A stretch of DNA of 64,000 nt, from assembly GCA_964016885.1 (NCBI GenBank), contig OZ024750.1, positions 37,262,001-37,326,000 on the forward strand, read 5' to 3'. Numbering within the stretch: the stretch's first letter is position 1; each line of letters begins with the position of its first letter. Position numbers and translations under genes: made by a program. A model generated the notes under the pieces. That model was given only the letters and a program-made list of their open reading frames with translations, was not told the origin of the DNA and searched no databases. The stretch comes from Eledone cirrhosa (lineage: Eukaryota). Positions 57,388 through 64,000 of the stretch are shown in pieces.

Positions 57388-60300
57388 AAATCCTAAAATA
57401 ATAAATTTTTTTATACTTTTCGAAATATTTACTTCTGATTTCTAAAATTGATTTTTTTAGGTTTTTCACAGATTGATCATTTTACACAGTATTTGGAAAA
57501 AATGCGTTTATACATTATGTTTCGACACGTTGAAAAATTTTTTAAAAATACAAAATATATATCAATTTTCGAAATAAGATAGTATGTATTTCGAAAGAAA
57601 AAAAATCAATCTTTTTTGAAAAAAAAACAATTTTTCGAAATACTGTGTAAAGTGATCAATTTGTGAAAAACCTAAAATAATCAATTTTTTTATACTTTTC
57701 GAAATATTTACTTCTGATTTCTAAAATTGATTTTTTTAGGTTTTTCACAAATTGATCATTTTACACAGTATTTGGAAAAAATATTTTTTTTCAAAAAAAT
57801 GTGTTTATACATTGTTTCGACACGTTGAAAAATATTTGAAAAATACAAAATATATATCAATTTTCGAAATCAGAAAGTATATATTTCGAAAGAAAAAAAA
57901 TTAATCTTTTTTGAAAAAAAACAATTTTTCGAAATACTGTGTAAAATGATCAATTTGTGAAAAACCTAAAATAATCAATTTTTTTATACTTTCCGAAATA
58001 TTTACTTCTGATTTCTAAAATTGATTTTTTTAGGTTTTTCATAAATTGATCATTTCACACAGTATTTGGAAAAAATGCGTTATGTTTCGACACGTTGAAA
58101 AACTTTTGAAAAATTCAAAATATATATCAATTTTCGAAATCAGAAAATATATATTTCGAAAGAAAAAAAATTAATATTTTTTGAAAAAAAACAATTTTTC
58201 GAAATACTGTGTAAAATGATCAATTTGTGAAAAACCTAAAATAATCAATTTTTTTATACTTTTCGAAATATTTACTTCTGATTTCTAAAATTGATTTTTT
58301 TAGGTTTTTCATAAATTGATCATTTCACACAGTATTTGGAAAAAATACATTGTTTCGACACGTTGAAAAATTTTTTAAAAATACAAAATATATATCAATT
58401 TTCGAAATCAGAAAGTATATATTTCTAAAGAAATAAAATCAATCTTTTTTGAAAAAAAACAACTTTTCGAAATACTGTGTAACATGATCAATTTGTGAAA
58501 AACCTAAAATAATAAATTTTTTTATACTTTTCGAAATATTTACTTCTGATTTCTAAAATTGATTTTTTTAGGTGTTTCACAAATTTATCATTTTACACAG
58601 TATTTGGAAAAAATATTTTTTTTCAAAAAAATGTGTTTATACATTGTGTTTCGACACGTTGAAAAATACAATATATATATCAATTTTCGGAATCAGAAAG
58701 TATGTATTTCGAAAGAAAAAAAATCAATCTTTTTTGAAAAAAAACAATTTTTCGAAAGTATTTGGAAAAAATGCGTTATGTTTCGACACGTTGAAAAATA
58801 CAAAATATATATCAAAAAGTATATATATCGAAATCAGAAAGTATATATTTCGAAAGAAATAAAATCAATCCTTTTTGAAAGAAAACAATTTTTCGAAATA
58901 CTGTGTAAAATGATCAATTTGTGAAAAACATAAAATAATCAATTTTTTTATACTTTTCGAAATATTTACTCCTGATTTCTAAAATTGATTTTTTTAGGTT
59001 TTTCACAAATTGATCATTTTAAACAGTATTTGGAAAAAATATTTTTTTTCAAAAAGATGTGTTTATACATTGTGTTTCGACACGTTGAAATATATTTCAA
59101 AAATACAAAATATATATCAATTTTCGAAATCAGAAAGTATATTTCGAAAGAAAAAAAATCAATCTTTATTGAAAAAAAACAATTTTTCGAAATACTTTGT
59201 AAAATGATAGATTTGTGAAAAACCTAAAATAATCCATTTTTTTATACTTTTCGAAATATTTACTTCTGATTTCTAAAATTGATTTTTTTAGGTTTTTCAC
59301 AAATTGGTCATTTTACACAGTATTTGGAAAAAATATTTATAAATTGTGTTTCGACACGTTGAAAAATACAAAATATATATCAAAAAGTATATATATCGAA
59401 ATCAGAAAAGAATTTCGAAAGAAATAAAATCAATCCTTTTTGAAATATAACAATTTTTCGAAATACTGTGTAAAATGATCAATTTGTGAAAAACCTAAAA
59501 TAATCAATTCGTTTATACTTTTCGAAATATTTACTTCTGATTTCTAAAATTGATTTTTTTAGGTTTTACACAGTATTTGGAAAAAATGCGTTTATACATT
59601 ATGTTTCGACACGTTGAAAGATTTTTTAAAAATACAAAATATATATCAATTTTCGAAATCAGAAAGTATATATTTCGAAAGAAAAAAAATCAATCTTTTT
59701 TGAAAAAAAACAATTTTTCGAAATACTTTGTAAAATGATAGATTTGTGAAAAACCTAAAATAATCCATTTTTTTATACTTTTCGAAATATTTACTTCTGA
59801 TTTCTAAAATTGATTTTTTTAGGTTTATCACAAATTGATCATTTTACACAGTATTTGGAAAAAATATTTTTTTTCAAAAGAATGCGTTTATAAATTGTTT
59901 CGACACGTTGAAAAATACAAAATATATATCAAAAAGTATATATATCGAAATCAGAAAGTATATATTTCGAAAGAAAAAAAATCAATCTTTTTTGAAAAGA
60001 AATTTTTCGAAATACAATTTATGATCAATTTGTGAAATTTTTCGAAATACAATTTATGATCAATTTGTGAAAAACCTAAAATAATCAATTTTTTTATACT
60101 TTTCGAAATATTTACTTCTGATTTCTAAAATTGATTTTTTTAGGTTTTACACAGTATTTGGAAAAAAGGCGTTTATACATTTAGTTTCGACACGTTGAAA
60201 AATACAAAATATATATCAATTTTCGAAATCAGAAAGTATGTATTTCGAAAGAAAAAAAATCAATCTTTTTTGAAAAATAACAATTTTTCGAAATATTGTG

Positions 60301-62518
60301 TAAAGTGATCAATTTGTGACAAACCTAAAATAATCAATTTTTTTATACTTTTCGAAATATTTACTTCTGATTTCTAAAATTGATTTTTTTAGGTTTTTCA
60401 CAAATTGATCATTTTACACAGTATTTGGAAAAAATATTTTTTTTCAAAAAAATGTGTTTATACATTGGGTTTCGACACGTTGAAAAACTTTTGACAAATT
60501 CAAAATATATATCAATTTTCGAAATCAGAAAGTATATATTTCGAAAGAAATAAAATCAATCTTTTTTCAAAAAAAACAATTTTTCGAAATACTGTGTAAC
60601 ATGATCAATTTGTGAAAAACCTAAATTAATAAATTTTTTTATAATTTTAGAAATATTTACTTCTGATTTCTAACATTGATTTTTTTAGGTTTTACACAGT
60701 ATTTGGAAAAAATGCATTTATACATTTAAAAATACAAAATATATATCAATTTTCGAAATCAGAAAGTATATATTTCGAAAGAAAAAAAATTAATCTTTTT
60801 TAAAAAAAAACAATTTTTCGAAATACTGTGTAAAATGATCAATTTGTGAAAAACCTAAAATAATCAATTTTTTTATACTTTTCGAAATATTTACTTCTGA
60901 TTTCTAAAATTGATTTTTTTGGTTTTACACAGTATTTGAAAAACAGGCGTTTATACATTTAGTTTCGACACGTTGAAAAATACAAAATATATATCAATTT
61001 TCGAAATCAGAAAGTATATATTTCGAAAGAAATAAAATCAATCCTTTTTGAAATATAACAATTTTTCGAAATACTGTGTAAAATGATCAATTTGTGAAAA
61101 ACCTAAAATAATCAATTTTTTTATACTTTTCGAAATATGTACTTCTGATTTCTAAAATTGATTTTTTTAGGTTTTTCACAAATTGAACATTTTACACAGT
61201 ATTTGAAAAAATGCGTTATGTTTCGACACGTTGAAAAACTTTTGAAAAATTCAAAATATATATCAATTTTCGAAATCAGAAAGTATATATTTCGAAAGAA
61301 ATAAAATCAATCTTTTTTGAAAAAAAACAATTTTTCGAAATACTGTGTAACATGATCATATTGTGAAAAACCTAAATTAATAAATTTTTTTATAATTTTA
61401 GAAATATTTACTTCTGATTTCTAACATTGATTTTTTTAGGTTTTACACAGTATTTGGAAAAAATGCGTTTATACATTATGTTTCGACACGTTGAAAAATT
61501 TTTTAAAAATACAAAATATATATCAATTTTCGAAATCAGAAAGTATATATTTCGAAAGAAAAAAAATTAATCTTTTTTAAAAAAAAACAATTTTTCGAAA
61601 TACTGTGTAAAATGATCAATTTGTGAAAAACCTAAAATAATCAATTTTTCATACTTTTCGAAATATTTACTTCTGATTTCTAAAATTGATTTTTTTAGGT
61701 TTTTCACAAATTGATCATTTTACACAGTATTTGGAAAAAATTTTTTTTTTCAAAAGAATGCGGTTATAAATTGTGTTTCGACACGTTGAAAAATACAAAA
61801 TATATATCAAAAAGTATATATATCGAAATCAGAAAGTATATATTTCGAAAGAAAAAAAATCAATCTTTTTTGAAAAGAAATTTTTCGAAATACTGTGTAA
61901 AATGATCAATTTGTGAAAAACCTAAAATAATCAATTTTTTTATACTTTTCGAAATAGTTACTTCTGATTTCTAAAATTGATTTTTTTGGTTTTACACAGT
62001 ATTTGAAAAAAAGGCGTTTATACATTTAGTTTCGACACGTTGAAAAATAAAAAATATATATCAATTTTCGAAAGAAAAAAAATTAATCTTTTTTGAAAAA
62101 AAACAATTTTTCGAAATACTGTGTAAAATGATCAATTTGTGAAAAACAATATAATAATAAAATAATCCATTTTTTTATACTTTTCGAAATATTTACTTCT
62201 GATTTCTAAAATTGATTTTTTTAGGTTTTTCACAAATTGATCATTTTACACAGTATTTCGAAAAATTGTTTTTTTTCAAAAAAATGCGTTTATACATTGT
62301 GTTTCGACACGTTGAAAAATTTTTTAAAAACACAAAATATATATCAATTTTCGAAATCAGAAAGTATATATTTCAAAAGAAAAAAAATCAATCATTTTTA
62401 AAAAAAAACAATTTTTCGAAATACTGTGTAAAATGATCAATTTGTGAAAAACCTAAAATAATCAATTTTTTTATACCTTTCTTAATATTTACTTCTGATT
62501 TCTAAAATTGATATTTTT
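57388..62518. repeat. AT-rich satellite, variable ~240-300 bp monomer with internal dyad symmetry, ~19 units
   Basis: Recurring TTTCGACACGTTGAAA and inverted arms TACTGTGTAAAATGATCAATTTGTGAAAAACCTAAAA / TTTTAGGTTTTTCACAAATTGATCATTTTACACAGTA. Confidence 0.93.
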
Positions 62519-63088
62519 TAGGTTGAGTTAAAGTTTGATTTATGATCTTTCAGGTTGAAGTGTGGTCTTTTCAATGCCAAAAGTTCAGTTCTATCTTCAA
62601 TATTTAGTTTATTCACTATGTTGTGTGTTTTGTTGTTGATGTTGGTGAGTGACGCATTATTAGTTTTTCTATAATTTTTCCTGAGTTCTTTATATATGAA
62701 CTCATTATAATTTTCAATATCCATGTGATATAAGTTTCCAGTTTTGTCCGAGTGGACATGGATTTTTTTAGACTTTTTTAGGTCCAATAGGGTAGAATCA
62801 AGGTCCTTTTGAAAGATAGATTTATACTTCTTAAATTTGAGGTGTTTAATTAAATTAAAAAGGTCTTTCTCAAAGTCTTCAAGTAGAGAGTTGTGTGGTG
62901 GATTCTTGTAAGTAGTGAAATCATACATATTTCCTATCTGCATATTTAGATTTTTTATCGAAGTGGTAGGCCCTCCATCTAACTCTTCTGATAAATTGGT
63001 TAGTTTTCTGTATCATAAGGAGTAAGAAGTCATCCTTAGAAGGTATTGGTATATTCTTTAAAGAAGTTCCCAAGTATTGTTTTTCCAT
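62518..63088 (-). pseudogene. PLE ORF N-terminal part (continuation of copy 3, or a further copy)
   Basis: MEKQYLGTSLKNIPIP...LKDHKSNFNS, near-identical to 44047-44612. Confidence 0.88.
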
Positions 63089-64000
63089 TGTGATATGGAT
63101 AATGGACAAGAGAAAGAGCTCAACTAAATGTATATGGAGTTATAAAATCATACATATATATGTATATACATAAATATAAAATTAACACACATATACAATA
63201 CAAAAATAAGAATATTTCCGTGAAAATAGGAGCAAATTATGTAGATAAATCTACCAAAAGTTTACGGTAGTGTCCAATCCGTATGAAGAACTCAATGTAA
63301 TCCGGATATTATGGAAAGAAGAGATGCATTCAAAAATCACTTTCGGTGAAAGATAAACGGAATACAGAGTCAAGATAAAATATTAAAAAAATAATGAATA
63401 AAACAATGAAACAGTTCCTTATATTAAACAAAAAAAGTTCATTATTTAACGATCGTTTCTAGGACATATATGTGTTAGAATTGGCATGCATATTCAAAAG
63501 ATCGATGTACAAACTTATACAAACTATCAAAGAGAATATACATACCATTACATATATATGCTGTCTTCAAAAATAATGAAGTATATTTATTGATAACAAC
63601 AATTCAAAATTACAGGTCTGTTTGGGAACAGATTTTAAATAGACCAATGAAATACATAAAAATTAATCAAGAAAATACAGTTAGGTGTGTGTATATATGT
63701 AAGTAACTTCGTTCACAGATATGCATAAAAATGTATGTTCATATGCATACGCATGTCGAAAAAGTGTATGTAAATACAAAAATTCAGGGCTAATGTCTCT
63801 GTATGTTTATAATCCACAGACAAAATATACATACATATACATATACATATACACACATATATACACACATATACATACATTCATACACACACACGCATAT
63901 ACACATAAACACACACATACCTACGAACACACACACATATATACACACACACACACACACATACGTATATATTATTATTATAACTATATGGATATTGAGG

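Noticed and set aside
58559-62436. K/F/I-rich ORFs
   Set aside because: Translations of satellite monomers

Overview
Eukaryotic, repeat-saturated DNA with no recognisable host gene. The tRNA-derived SINE family, LINE types and long (TA)n tracts suggest an octopod cephalopod (inference). The left 22 kb holds an apparently near-intact L1/Tx1 LINE (ORF1 with a CCHC knuckle; ORF2 with APE+RT running off the window), 3' fragments of the same family, decayed R4/Dong-type and RTE LINEs, many SINE copies, two TIR MITEs and minisatellites. The right 42 kb is a nest of Penelope-like elements (PLEs) in (TA)n microsatellites, plus an open CR1 ORF2, a ~5.2 kb tandem PLE array and a 5 kb palindromic AT-rich satellite. 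The main signal missed by the ORF track is RNA-level: about 20 Type I hammerhead ribozyme (HHR) motifs in several families, folded by eye. They include a near-perfect 310-bp non-coding tandem array with one HHR per unit (retrozyme-like), a 591-bp-period element with a U3-A8 core variant in both terminal repeats, and a long-stem-II family upstream of each PLE ORF. All folds are manual; catalytic activity and expression are untested.
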